From contig CAZNTG010000004.1 in the NCBI GenBank assembly GCA_964575955.1, positions 1 through 51,322 on the forward strand: a stretch of DNA of 51,322 bases. Reading direction: 5' to 3'. The DNA is from an uncultured Thermoproteaceae archaeon. GTDB taxonomy: Archaea > Thermoproteota > Thermoprotei > Thermoproteales > Thermocladiaceae. A program made the translations under genes and the position numbers. The notes beneath the pieces were generated by a model that was not told the origin of the DNA, ran no database searches, and worked only from the letters and a program-made list of their open reading frames with translations. Shown here one piece after another: positions 38,474-48,541 of this stretch (position 1 is its first letter; every line of letters begins with the position of its first letter).

Positions 38474-39652
38474 CTATTCTCTACTATCTATTGGTACGTA
38501 TTTTAATCCTATCGGTCCTACATATCTCTCTAATGGTCTTATTAGTCTATTATGTTTCCAGTATTCTAATACGTGTGCTACCCATCCAACTATTCTAGAT
38601 ATTGCAAATATTGCTGGATTGTAGTCTTGAGGTATATCTAGTAGGTATAGTATGACTCCTGCATACAGGTCTACGTTTGGTTTAATTCCTTTATGTCCAA
38701 GTACTTTCTCTACTTCTTCTTCAAGTCTTTCAGCTATTCTATATACCTTCAAGTATTTTCCACCCTTCTTCTCTGCTAACTTTTTAGCAACTTCCTTCAA
38801 TATTGGTACTCTTGGATCTCCACGTGTAGACTTCTTATATACTCTATGTCCAAAACCCATTATTCTCTCCTTCTTCTCAACTCTCTCACGTACAAATTTT
38901 GGAACATTTTCTTCATCACCAATTTCGAGAATCATATTAACTACTTCACGATTAGCACCACCGTGTAGTGGTCCTTTGAGACTTGAGAGTGCTGCAATTA
39001 TTGCAGATCCGAGGTCTGTCAATGTTGATGCTACTGTTATTGCTGTAAATGTTGAATTTGCAAGACTGTGATCTGCATATATTATGAATATTGTCTTTAT
39101 AGCTTCATACTCTTCAGAATCTGGAAATCTACCCATCATCATGTAGTAGAAGTTTGCTGGATGATCAAGTTCTTCACGTGGTAGTACAACGTCAAGACCA
39201 TTACTAATACGGTAGAAATATGCAAGTACTACAGGTAGTTTACTTATTAGATCTATAGCAAGCTCATAGTTAGATTCTAAACTTCCAGTATTTATAAACT
39301 TCCTACAGGTACAGTAGTAGTCTATTGCAAGTCTAATAACATCTATGGGATATGCATCTGGAGGTACTGTTCTCAATAAATCAATGACATTACTCTCAAT
39401 AACTCTCCTGCGCTTTAACTCACTACTAAACTTCTCAAGTTCAGATCTTGTAGGTAACTTACCATATAGTAATAGGTATGCAACTTCTTCAAAACTTGCA
39501 TATTTAACAAGATCTTCAAGATCATAACCTCTATAATATATCTTACCACTGTCATTATCTATATAGCATATCTCTGACTCATTGACATATAGACCTTCCA
39601 ATCCCCAAAAAACTTTCAAATCTCTCTCATCTACTCTCTGACAGATAGTCAT
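38474..39652 (-). CDS. gltA: Citrate synthase
   Basis: GLEG, YRGY, ADH, GPLHGGAN, MGFGHRVYK, PNVD. Confidence 0.95.
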   Translation of the reverse strand: MTICQRVDERDLKVFWGLEGLYVNESEICYIDNDSGKIYYRGYDLEDLVKYASFEEVAYLLLYGKLPTRSELEKFSSELKRRRVIESNVIDLLRTVPPDAYPIDVIRLAIDYYCTCRKFINTGSLESNYELAIDLISKLPVVLAYFYRISNGLDVVLPREELDHPANFYYMMMGRFPDSEEYEAIKTIFIIYADHSLANSTFTAITVASTLTDLGSAIIAALSSLKGPLHGGANREVVNMILEIGDEENVPKFVRERVEKKERIMGFGHRVYKKSTRGDPRVPILKEVAKKLAEKKGGKYLKVYRIAERLEEEVEKVLGHKGIKPNVDLYAGVILYLLDIPQDYNPAIFAISRIVGWVAHVLEYWKHNRLIRPLERYVGPIGLKYVPIDSRE

Positions 39653-39816
39653 TATCTACAGACTAGAGATATTGCTTAACTAAAATATAAACATTAATAT
39701 CTTGAGTAGAAGATGGAGAAATTTTAAGAAACATCAAATATCTATCACAAGAAATATTGCACAATCATTACATAGAAAATATTCAAATACTATGAAGAAG
39801 AGTATAAGATATAGCT

Positions 39817-40752
39817 GTGAAATGTACATTCTGTAGTAGAGAAGCTATATATAAGGTTAGAGATAGGAGAATATACTTATGCAATTACCACTTTAGACAG
39901 TACATAGAGACAGAAGTTGAAAGTACTGTAAGTAGGTTTGAAATGTTGAAAAATGTTAAAAAAGTCTTAACATGTGTAAGTGGTGGTAAAGATAGTGTAG
40001 TTATGTTAAAAATACTTCACAAAATATGTAGTGATAGAGATATAAAAATTCTAGGACTTGTAATTGATGTATGTATTGGAGATTACTCAAAGAGACAGGT
40101 AGAGTATGCTGTAAAGAATTTTAAAGAACTTGGAGTTGACTATGTTGTTGTCAAGTTAGAAGATTTTGGCATATGTCTAGAAAATCCTGATAGAATTGAA
40201 AGATTGTTGAAGAGACCAATATGTTCCATATGTGGAATAGTTAAGAGATACATAATGAATAAGGTAGCTCTAGAAGAGAAGTGTGATGTAGTAGCTACAG
40301 GACATAACCTGATAGATATATCACAATACGCATTAATGAACATACTAACAGGAAATTTAGAATATCTAGTTAAACTAAAACCAAAAGTTGAAGGTTCTGA
40401 AAAGATAGTAACTAGAATTAGACCACTATACTTCATAGATGAGAAAGAGATAGAACTTTATGCAGAAACATCAAATTTAGAATACTTAAAAGATCAATGT
40501 CCATACTCAACGCGTCATAATTATAGAAAGATGACTATACAAGACATGTTGAGGATGTATATTAGAGAGATAGAAGATAGAAATCCAGGATTTTTTAGAA
40601 AATTTTTAGAAAATTTAAACAGTAGAATAATACCAATATTAGAAAAGCATGTATATGAGAAATATAGTACATGTAAGATCTGTGGTATGCCTTCAAAAGG
40701 TGATATATGTACATTCTGTAAAATTATCACCACATTGAGAAGATATGGCTAG
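39817..40752 (+). CDS. TtuA/Ncs6-type tRNA thiolation protein (PP-loop)
   Basis: N-terminal CxxC..CxxH, SGGKDS, CSICG..KR, ATGHN..D, CPY, C-terminal CxxC..CxxC. Confidence 0.9.
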   Translation: MKCTFCSREAIYKVRDRRIYLCNYHFRQYIETEVESTVSRFEMLKNVKKVLTCVSGGKDSVVMLKILHKICSDRDIKILGLVIDVCIGDYSKRQVEYAVKNFKELGVDYVVVKLEDFGICLENPDRIERLLKRPICSICGIVKRYIMNKVALEEKCDVVATGHNLIDISQYALMNILTGNLEYLVKLKPKVEGSEKIVTRIRPLYFIDEKEIELYAETSNLEYLKDQCPYSTRHNYRKMTIQDMLRMYIREIEDRNPGFFRKFLENLNSRIIPILEKHVYEKYSTCKICGMPSKGDICTFCKIITTLRRYG

Positions 40753-41386
40753 AATAGAACTTAAGAATATTAGAATTGCATCATTAATACCTCATGAAGA
40801 TGTTCTAGAGAGTAGAGTTAGAGAGATTGTTGAAGATATTAAAGTTAGAGGTTTAAAATATCCCATAGTTGTAGATAGAGAGAGTAGGATAATCATAGAT
40901 GGTCATCATAGAGTTGAAGCATTTAAAAGACTTGGAATTACTAAAATACCTGCAGTACTGGTAGACTATGGTAGTGATCTTGTAGATATTAAGAGGTGGT
41001 TCTACATATATAAGAGGAAGAATGAGCCTATAGATATATTCTATATAAATAGTTCTGAAATAATTACAAGGGTTATTAGAAGAATTGTAAGATATTTAAG
41101 ACCAGGAAATGTTGAGATTGTTATTAAAACATTGAGATATCATACAAAGATATTTCATGATAATCTACATGAAGCATATTGGCTTCTACATAATGCTACT
41201 ATAGATCTACCTCTAGTTAAGATACCTGAAGATCAGTATGTAGGTGAGATACCTGTAATATATACACCACACATATCTAAATACCACGTTATAATGTATG
41301 CGAAGATTGGTAAAATATTACCACCAAAAACTACAAGACACATATTCTACTTTGAAATACCTGAAGTAAATTATAGGATTAATTAG
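40745..41386 (+). CDS. ParB/Srx N-terminal domain protein
   Basis: LIPHE, PIVVD..IIDGHHR, LPPKTTRH. Confidence 0.8.
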   Translation: MARIELKNIRIASLIPHEDVLESRVREIVEDIKVRGLKYPIVVDRESRIIIDGHHRVEAFKRLGITKIPAVLVDYGSDLVDIKRWFYIYKRKNEPIDIFYINSSEIITRVIRRIVRYLRPGNVEIVIKTLRYHTKIFHDNLHEAYWLLHNATIDLPLVKIPEDQYVGEIPVIYTPHISKYHVIMYAKIGKILPPKTTRHIFYFEIPEVNYRIN

Positions 41387-42494
41387 TGGACTTCTTCTTT
41401 TTCATATATTTTGTTTCATACTTTTCAAGTGCTCCCGCTTCTTCTAATGCCGCTACTAGTCCTATTATTGTTGATGTTATTGCGTAGTCTGTTGCTATTG
41501 TTACTTGTGGTATTAAGTCGATTACTAGTTTTGCAAATCTGAATATTCCTACAGGTATTCCTTCTCTAGCACCTACAAATATGTGTACTCTATCATAGTT
41601 TTTGAATATTTCAGCTAGTCTATCTTTAACATGCATCAAATATTCACCTTTTGGATCTGTTACTATTATTGCTTCATCTCTGTGATCTCTAACATATTGA
41701 TACATCTCGTATACTGTTACAGGTACTTTATGTACAGGTCTACCATAACATCTCTTCTGTATTTCATATCTAGATTCTATACCTTCATACACACCTTCTA
41801 GAAATGTTAACAATTCTCTACCATTTACCGGTTTGTAATGTGCTATACATAGTTCACCAATTTCAAATGTCTGTACTGCACGACCAATACGTACACCCAT
41901 CTTTCTACATGCTTCTAACGGTCCTGTATATGGCATCTGTACAATAACTATCTTTCTAAGTATGTTTAATGGTAGTGGTTTTCCAGGTTTTAATTTTCTA
42001 TACTCTTCATCTCTAGAAACTACACATATAGCTGCAATATTATCAAAAATCTCTATGTAAAATGCCTTATCAGGATATTCTAAATCAACATCACAACCTG
42101 TAACTTCCTGTACAGCTTTACCAGCTAGAACATTCACATCTATAGATGTGAAGTTGTGTTTACCTCTCCTATTAGTTCTTATAGCAAATGTCTCATTACT
42201 TGAAAGTACATTTTTTGCAACTTCTCTAACAGCATTACATATATCTTCAAGATTTGCATTAGTTATAGAATATACAGGAAGTATGTGTGATGCTTCAGGA
42301 ACTTCATTTCTAATAATTTCACATGCTTCAAACTTTCTATCACCAACATCTTCGATAAATACAACACCAAGCCATTTTTCAGGTTCTATTCTAACTCTAC
42401 ATGAGATACCTCTACTAGATAAGACATCTTCAATATGTGATGCAGCAATCTTCTCTAAACCTTTAGGAACTTTAACAATAATATCTAAACTCAT
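41379..42494 (-). CDS. THUMP-SPOUT RNA methyltransferase
   Basis: THUMP TFAIRTNRRG..VDLEYPD; SPOUT VQMPY, TDPKG, VGAREGIP. Confidence 0.85.
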   Translation of the reverse strand: MSLDIIVKVPKGLEKIAASHIEDVLSSRGISCRVRIEPEKWLGVVFIEDVGDRKFEACEIIRNEVPEASHILPVYSITNANLEDICNAVREVAKNVLSSNETFAIRTNRRGKHNFTSIDVNVLAGKAVQEVTGCDVDLEYPDKAFYIEIFDNIAAICVVSRDEEYRKLKPGKPLPLNILRKIVIVQMPYTGPLEACRKMGVRIGRAVQTFEIGELCIAHYKPVNGRELLTFLEGVYEGIESRYEIQKRCYGRPVHKVPVTVYEMYQYVRDHRDEAIIVTDPKGEYLMHVKDRLAEIFKNYDRVHIFVGAREGIPVGIFRFAKLVIDLIPQVTIATDYAITSTIIGLVAALEEAGALEKYETKYMKKKKSTN

Positions 42495-42532
42495 ACTCTA
42501 GGAAGTACTATATGGTTCATATTATACCTTTT

Positions 42533-43414
42533 TCACCATCTACCATACATGTATGATCCTTTAGAATATTTATTAACAATAATATCAACAGTTATCAATA
42601 TTGGAGCTATAATTAACATTATACCACCAATAATATTTAAAACACCAACAACTTGACCAAGTGCAATAATATATTTAACATTTAGAAATCTTACAATAGA
42701 TAATAATCTACTACCCATAGTTGCAAAATATGTACCAACTAGTATAACACCAATACATGTCAATATTAGCGACAACACATCTATTATATATGCTCTAGAT
42801 ATAAATCTTAAGAATATTGCAACACTAATAATAACTATACCTACAATAAATGTATTAAATCCAACACCTGAACCAAGTACTATAGATGCAACAATTATTA
42901 ATATTGGACCTACAATATTTCTCATGAGTGTTATCTTACAACCTATTAAAAATAGTACACCACTAACTATGAGATATACACCATACGTATTTAATGGTAT
43001 TATAAATATTTTAAATATTTGTGATGATACTAACATAGCTATTCCAAGAAGTATTAAACCTATAGAGAATGAGTTTACTCCAGAGTTTATTAATACATAC
43101 TCAACACTTCTAAAATTCTTATATTGAAAACCTACTCTTATTAATACAATTCCTAGATATATGAAGAATATTGAGCTAGCTATTGCAATTATTAAACTTA
43201 TGTATGGATTTATTAGTGTTGCATTATTTTTTATAAGTATGTATAGTGTTAGTGATGAAGATATTATTAATGATAATGCTACAACTATAGTACTTATACC
43301 TATAAGTATACTACTAACACTACCTAGAACTATGCCATATTTTGCATAATCTGTCTGATATGTCATTAATATGGTAGTTCTTATTCTGAAATTTAAGTTA
43401 TGATATAGACTCAA
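42533..43414 (-). CDS. Multi-pass membrane hypothetical protein
   Basis: About 8 hydrophobic segments; start probably the second Met (MTYQ). Confidence 0.6.
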   Translation of the reverse strand: MSLYHNLNFRIRTTILMTYQTDYAKYGIVLGSVSSILIGISTIVVALSLIISSSLTLYILIKNNATLINPYISLIIAIASSIFFIYLGIVLIRVGFQYKNFRSVEYVLINSGVNSFSIGLILLGIAMLVSSQIFKIFIIPLNTYGVYLIVSGVLFLIGCKITLMRNIVGPILIIVASIVLGSGVGFNTFIVGIVIISVAIFLRFISRAYIIDVLSLILTCIGVILVGTYFATMGSRLLSIVRFLNVKYIIALGQVVGVLNIIGGIMLIIAPILITVDIIVNKYSKGSYMYGRW

Positions 43415-43448
43415 GATTTAATACCCCCTACACATAGTAAAGCTAGGC

Positions 43449-44030
43449 ATGAAGATACCATATGTTAGAGAAGAGATTGAAATTCCAAGTGGTGTAGATG
43501 TAGAATTTAGCTGTGATGGTAGACTTGTCGTTAAGGTTAGAGGTCCTATGGGTGAGATTGTTAAAGATTTTGGTAGTGTTCCAATACTTGTAAGTAAGGA
43601 AGATGGTAAACTTATCTTGGAGACATACTTTGCAAGAAAGTTTGAGAGGGCTTTAATTGGTACTATAGCTGCACGTATTAGAAATATGATTAAAGGTGTT
43701 ACTAAAGGTTGGAGATATAAGTTGAAGATTGTATATTCACACTTCCCAATAATGGTTAAAGTTCAGGGTAATCAACTAGTAATTGAGAATTTCCTTGGTA
43801 GAAAAGATAAGATAGTACTTGAAATTCCTAAAGGTGTCAAAGTTCAAGTTACTAAAGATGACATAATTGTTGAAGGTATTGATAGAGATGTTGTTAGTCA
43901 ATTTGCTGCAAATATTGAAGAAGCAACAACATTGAGAGGAGATGAAAGACCATGTCCACATGGTAGAGAGGGTGGTCCTGGAGTTCTAGATGGAATATAT
44001 GTATACGCTGTTGAGCATATAAAATCTTAA
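43449..44030 (+). CDS. rpl6: 50S ribosomal protein L6
   Basis: NMIKGVTKG, YSHFP, ENFLG, QFAANIE, DGIYVY. Confidence 0.97.
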   Translation: MKIPYVREEIEIPSGVDVEFSCDGRLVVKVRGPMGEIVKDFGSVPILVSKEDGKLILETYFARKFERALIGTIAARIRNMIKGVTKGWRYKLKIVYSHFPIMVKVQGNQLVIENFLGRKDKIVLEIPKGVKVQVTKDDIIVEGIDRDVVSQFAANIEEATTLRGDERPCPHGREGGPGVLDGIYVYAVEHIKS

Positions 44031-44821
44031 AGTGTTAACAATCTTCTACATAATCTACTATAGAAGTTGTATGGTCTTGTTCTTGCAAATTTTACATTTC
44101 TATCAGAACCTTCAACTTTAATTTTCTGAGACTTACCATATAGAATACCATCACACACAACAATACAATCACCTTTAGAATATATTTCAATACTCACATC
44201 TAGTGGATGTACTATAGGTACTAATGCTGGTGAGAATGGTGCAACAGGAATGATGACTTTAACATCTTGAATTCTATAATCAACAACAGGACCACCAAGT
44301 GCTAGTAGGTATGCTGTAGATCCTGTTGGTGTTGCAACAATAACACCATCCATCCTACCTGAAAGTATTACATCTCCACTAGTTTCCTGAACTGTGAACT
44401 CTATAACTTTACCAGGATTTACATAACGCATAACAACTTCATTTAATGTATATACTTTATAACTACCTGTATCAACTATTAACAATCTTCTCTCATCAAT
44501 ATTAAATTTACCTTCTCTCAACATTATGAATATATCTCTACTAAGTTCGTCTATAGTTATATCTGAGAAGAAGTTTACTTTTCCAGTACCTATGTGGTAT
44601 ATTGGAATTTCAAATAGATCATATTTGAGAAATATCTCATCATGAATATATTGTAGTATTGAACCATCACCACCAAGAACAATTACAAGATCAGGTTTTG
44701 GATCAACTTCACATATCTTAACATCAATACCAACATCTTTACACATTTTAGCTATAGTATCTACATATTGTCTATCTCTATCTCTATAATACATTAAAGA
44801 TACTAGCTCAATCTTAGCCAT
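44027..44821 (-). CDS. NAD kinase
   Basis: LGGDGS, LNE, DGVIVATPTGSTAY. Confidence 0.92.
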   Translation of the reverse strand: MAKIELVSLMYYRDRDRQYVDTIAKMCKDVGIDVKICEVDPKPDLVIVLGGDGSILQYIHDEIFLKYDLFEIPIYHIGTGKVNFFSDITIDELSRDIFIMLREGKFNIDERRLLIVDTGSYKVYTLNEVVMRYVNPGKVIEFTVQETSGDVILSGRMDGVIVATPTGSTAYLLALGGPVVDYRIQDVKVIIPVAPFSPALVPIVHPLDVSIEIYSKGDCIVVCDGILYGKSQKIKVEGSDRNVKFARTRPYNFYSRLCRRLLTL

Positions 44822-44876
44822 ATAACATAACAGTCATATCTATATGTTAAAAATTAAGTTAAACATACACATATCT

Positions 44877-45197
44877 ATGTCATGTCCTAGATGTGGTTCA
44901 AATGATATAGTAATTCTAAGTTCAGAAACACTCTCATTTAAATGTAGAAAATGTGGATATGTTTGGAATGTTGAACAGAAGATAGCTACAGTAAACACAC
45001 CTTCAGGACCTGTACATTGGACAGTACATACATACTATAAAGAACTTGCACTACAAGACTCTATAGATCTCTTAAAGGAAGGTAAAGATATTAATGAGAT
45101 AGTAGAAGAGTTGAAGAGAAGATATTCAAATTATTTAAATGATAGTGAAATTAGGAAAATTGTAGAAAAAGCAGTTAAACTATCACAATACTACTAA
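44877..45197 (+). CDS. Zinc-ribbon protein
   Basis: CPRCGS..FKCRKCGYVW; ATG 44877 taken as start. Confidence 0.72.
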   Translation: MSCPRCGSNDIVILSSETLSFKCRKCGYVWNVEQKIATVNTPSGPVHWTVHTYYKELALQDSIDLLKEGKDINEIVEELKRRYSNYLNDSEIRKIVEKAVKLSQYY

Positions 45198-45730
45198 CAG
45201 TACCTATCTAACAATATGTTAATTATAGCAACTTCCTGTTCAGGTTTTAAATTTCTCAAAAATCTAACACGCTCAAACCTATCATAGAAATCTTCAATGT
45301 TTTGAGATATGTATGTTATATATGTTATAGATTTAACACCTCTCAAAACATTCTCAATATCATGACCAATACTAGACTTAATGAGATATTTATCAGTTCT
45401 AAATTTCTTAACAATATCTTGAATATCTACATCATCTTCAACAACAACACCTGAATGTGGTCTTCTACTTCTAGATTTTAATGCTTTATTAATAATTCCA
45501 TATGCAGATGCTTCATCAGCTCTCAATTGTCTTATAGTAGATCCATAGAATATTAATACTCTCCTAATATCTCTAACATATATACATGATATAGAGTCTC
45601 TTCTAATTGATCTAGAGATCATTAATGAAGATACTATAAATCTAGCATGAATACCTCTTCTATAGTTTAAATCTCTACTAGTTGTTACTAGTATAAATAC
45701 TCTCACACTAACATTCTTAAATCTAGACAT
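45194..45730 (-). CDS. TrmY-like SPOUT protein (divergent)
   Basis: SRSIRRD, IRQLRADE, GIINKAL, PHSGV match the TrmY pattern; SAM-knot motif not recognisable. Confidence 0.6.
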   Translation of the reverse strand: MSRFKNVSVRVFILVTTSRDLNYRRGIHARFIVSSLMISRSIRRDSISCIYVRDIRRVLIFYGSTIRQLRADEASAYGIINKALKSRSRRPHSGVVVEDDVDIQDIVKKFRTDKYLIKSSIGHDIENVLRGVKSITYITYISQNIEDFYDRFERVRFLRNLKPEQEVAIINILLDRYC

Positions 45731-45739
45731 ATTTTATGC

Positions 45740-46327
45740 ATGATGAAGATTATAATTACAGGAACTCCAGGAACAGGGAAGACAAGTGTAGCGAAGAGAC
45801 TTTCTGAAAAGCTTGGTTATGAATATGTAAATCTTAATGATATACTTATTAGAAGTGGTGTCTGTGTATATAATCCTGAACTTGAAACACATGAAATATC
45901 TAATATTGATAAAGCTATCGAGATTATTGATGATGTAACTTCTAGAGATAATATTGTTATAGATACTCTAGTTGTATCATTAATAAATCCTGAATATGTT
46001 GATAAGGTTGTTGTATTGAGATTAGACCCATACATACTTTTAGAGAGATTGAAATCTAGAGGTTGGAGAGGTAGAAAACTTTGTGAAAATGTTATGGCTG
46101 AAATATTAGACTACTTCCTAATTGAGTGTGTTGAAAATTTTGGTAATGATAAAATTATAGAGATTGATACAACTAATAGAGATGTTGAAAATATTGTTGA
46201 TGAGATTATACAGATGTTAAATAAAAATTGTTCTAGAGTTGGTGTTGTCTCTTGGTTATCTAAGATCGATCCTGATTTCCTACTGAGGCTTGATATGTGT
46301 AGGGAAGGTGTTGTAGATATTGTTTAA
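45740..46327 (+). CDS. Adenylate kinase AK6/Fap7-like
   Basis: ITGTPGTGKT, RL..RGW..K..EN..AE, IDTT. Confidence 0.9.
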   Translation: MMKIIITGTPGTGKTSVAKRLSEKLGYEYVNLNDILIRSGVCVYNPELETHEISNIDKAIEIIDDVTSRDNIVIDTLVVSLINPEYVDKVVVLRLDPYILLERLKSRGWRGRKLCENVMAEILDYFLIECVENFGNDKIIEIDTTNRDVENIVDEIIQMLNKNCSRVGVVSWLSKIDPDFLLRLDMCREGVVDIV

Positions 46328-46722
46328 TAGTCTGCAGATGCTTTACGTACAACTCTTCTAATCTCGAATAGTAGTTTTCTATGCCATCCAAACTTTTCTA
46401 ATCGTTTAACAACATGTCTAAGTGCTCCGCTTCCAAATGATAGCATTAGCACTTTCACAACTTTACCTTCCTCATCTATGTATAGTCTAATTACAATACT
46501 TTTCTTACTAACTTCACCTATGTAGTCTACTGTTTGAAGGTTTGATTGTATATATTTTTTAAATTCTCTCTCAGCGTTTTCAACATATTTTAAATATTCT
46601 TCAGGTAGTGAAGCAACTTCAACAAGATTTTTAATACCAGAGATCTGCAATTCCAATATAGCAACATCTTGATCTTTTCTAAGATCGAACACAGCTATAC
46701 CATATACCCTAATTGTAGCCAC
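46324..46722 (-). CDS. Hypothetical protein
   Basis: 132-aa ORF with typical composition, GTG start. Confidence 0.6.
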   Translation of the reverse strand: MATIRVYGIAVFDLRKDQDVAILELQISGIKNLVEVASLPEEYLKYVENAEREFKKYIQSNLQTVDYIGEVSKKSIVIRLYIDEEGKVVKVLMLSFGSGALRHVVKRLEKFGWHRKLLFEIRRVVRKASADY

Positions 46723-46832
46723 CCTAGAGACCTACTTTCTCGTTCATTAAAAAGCTTTTTGTTAGATATGTTGAAGATTGAGAGAAAGACCTATATTTTC
46801 AAGACTAGATCAAGAGTATACGTATACAAGCC

Positions 46833-47258
46833 ATGTCAAAGACAAGAGTTGTTCTAGATCCTCAAGAAGATTATGTAATAATTCCTCTACACATACTTGA
46901 GAAGATTGTTAGATATGCATTAACACTATGTCAAGATAGATGTCCAACAGAGAGAGATCCAGAAGCATGTATATATCTTGTGAAATTATGTAAAATTTTA
47001 GGTCTTGGAGAACCACCATGCATATCAGAATATGAAGGTTTTACAACAATAACATTTAGAAACTATATAAGAGAAATTGAGAGAAAGTATGGTATGAGGA
47101 TTGAAGAATTTCTGAGAAGAGTTAGAGCTAGAGGACCTAAAAATCTTGAAGAAAATACAGATTACATAGAGGCAGAATTTGCACTTGGAGTTCTCAAAGC
47201 ATTATCTAAGAAAGTTGAGATATATGTTGTAAAGGGTTGTCAATTGAAGATAGAGTAG
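46833..47258 (+). CDS. Hypothetical Cys-containing protein
   Basis: 141 aa; CQDRC..C..C..C. Confidence 0.65.
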   Translation: MSKTRVVLDPQEDYVIIPLHILEKIVRYALTLCQDRCPTERDPEACIYLVKLCKILGLGEPPCISEYEGFTTITFRNYIREIERKYGMRIEEFLRRVRARGPKNLEENTDYIEAEFALGVLKALSKKVEIYVVKGCQLKIE

Positions 47259-47262
47259 ATAC

Positions 47263-47574
47263 ATGACAAGTAATGTGATAGTGTTAGCATATAGTGATAG
47301 AAAGAGAAGATACACATTTGAAATTGATCTAGACTGTATAGCAGATGCTGTAGGAGATCTACTAGATATGGATAATGTATTTGACATAGTTTCACATCTA
47401 GGACTTATCGTACAGACATTAATAGAGAAGATAGATGAAGGATATAGTCCAAGAAGAGCTATATACACAGCACTATACGTATTACTTCAAGATCTAGGTG
47501 TTAGGAAGTATTTCGATTTTGCAAGTAGGGTTGATAGAGGTACAAGATGTATTAAGTATCGTGAAGAGTTGTGA
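47263..47574 (+). CDS. Hypothetical protein
   Basis: 103 aa, 4 nt after previous ORF; start likely ATG at 47263. Confidence 0.6.
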   Translation: MTSNVIVLAYSDRKRRYTFEIDLDCIADAVGDLLDMDNVFDIVSHLGLIVQTLIEKIDEGYSPRRAIYTALYVLLQDLGVRKYFDFASRVDRGTRCIKYREEL

Positions 47575-47824
47575 CTTTAGATACAAAACTCTTAACAATA
47601 CTCTTAATATCATCTAGAGAGTAAGTTTTAGGTTTAACCATAATAACAATACTATCAACGGAAATCCACATCCTATCTACACCAAACTTCACAAATACCT
47701 TATCAAGACCATCAATACTTGTTATAAAATCCCAACATGGAGATTCTTTAACAACTTTAGAAATTTCAGGATCTAGAACTCTAATCTCGAAAAGTCTAGA
47801 ACCAATCTTAATCTTGCGAATCAT
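47552..47824 (-). CDS. Small hypothetical protein (VKxGVDRxWI family, copy 2)
   Basis: 90 aa; homologous to ORF 21839-22117. Confidence 0.7.
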   Translation of the reverse strand: MIRKIKIGSRLFEIRVLDPEISKVVKESPCWDFITSIDGLDKVFVKFGVDRMWISVDSIVIMVKPKTYSLDDIKSIVKSFVSKVTTLHDT

Positions 47825-47863
47825 CTATATGCACAATACCTGTAGAGAATATAGAACAAGTAG

Positions 47864-48493
47864 TTAAAATAAGTATCTGTACATGGAAATTATATTCTCT
47901 AAAGCTATAGATTTAAACTTCTCAAATTTACCTTCATGAACACTATCTAAATCATTTAGAATCCTACTTAAAACTTCTCTACGTAAATTATCAACTCTCG
48001 GAGACCAACACTTAAATATTCTACAAAGTTCAGGACGTGCATCATATATAGTGCATAATGCATATTTCTCAAACTTCAGAAATGGACAAGGTTTCAAAAT
48101 CTGTATATGTGAATTCCATATAATGAATAGTTCAACATTATCATAAATATCAAGATTTGTTAAATTTCTAAAAGTATTAATCACATAATCTCTAAATCTT
48201 GATTTAAATATCCTATCTGAATCTTCTAAAGATATTGGAGGACAACCTGTTGAACAACATGTACCACATCTAACACAGAGGTCTCTCATATCAAGTTCAT
48301 TATAAATCATCTCTACAACATCTCTATTTCTCAATTTCTCTTCTAGAAATTTGAAGAATTTTATAAAATTAGTAAATTTATAAATATTAGATCCATATTT
48401 TAAACATATATAATCTCTAACGGCTACTCCGTCAAAATATCTACATATCCTAACCTCCACATTTCTCAAGTCTATACATGTACACTTTCTCAT
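47864..48493 (-). CDS. YkgJ/UPF0153 cysteine-cluster protein
   Basis: CVRCGTCC, CPFL, CTIYDARPELCRIFKC. Confidence 0.82.
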   Translation of the reverse strand: MRKCTCIDLRNVEVRICRYFDGVAVRDYICLKYGSNIYKFTNFIKFFKFLEEKLRNRDVVEMIYNELDMRDLCVRCGTCCSTGCPPISLEDSDRIFKSRFRDYVINTFRNLTNLDIYDNVELFIIWNSHIQILKPCPFLKFEKYALCTIYDARPELCRIFKCWSPRVDNLRREVLSRILNDLDSVHEGKFEKFKSIALENIISMYRYLF

Positions 48494-48541
48494 TTATCAA
48501 TATTGGGAATTTTTATTTTTAATTAAAACTTTTAGAACTAT

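Noticed and set aside
39653-39816. Small sulfur-carrier gene upstream of ttuA
   Set aside because: Only short open frames, no C-terminal GG motif
1102-47468. Numerous 60-173 aa ORFs opposite or inside real genes (e.g. 1102-1422, 3838-4359, 14860-15222, 20589-20999, 38652-39071)
   Set aside because: Shadow frames with S/I/L/F-biased composition overlapping well-supported genes
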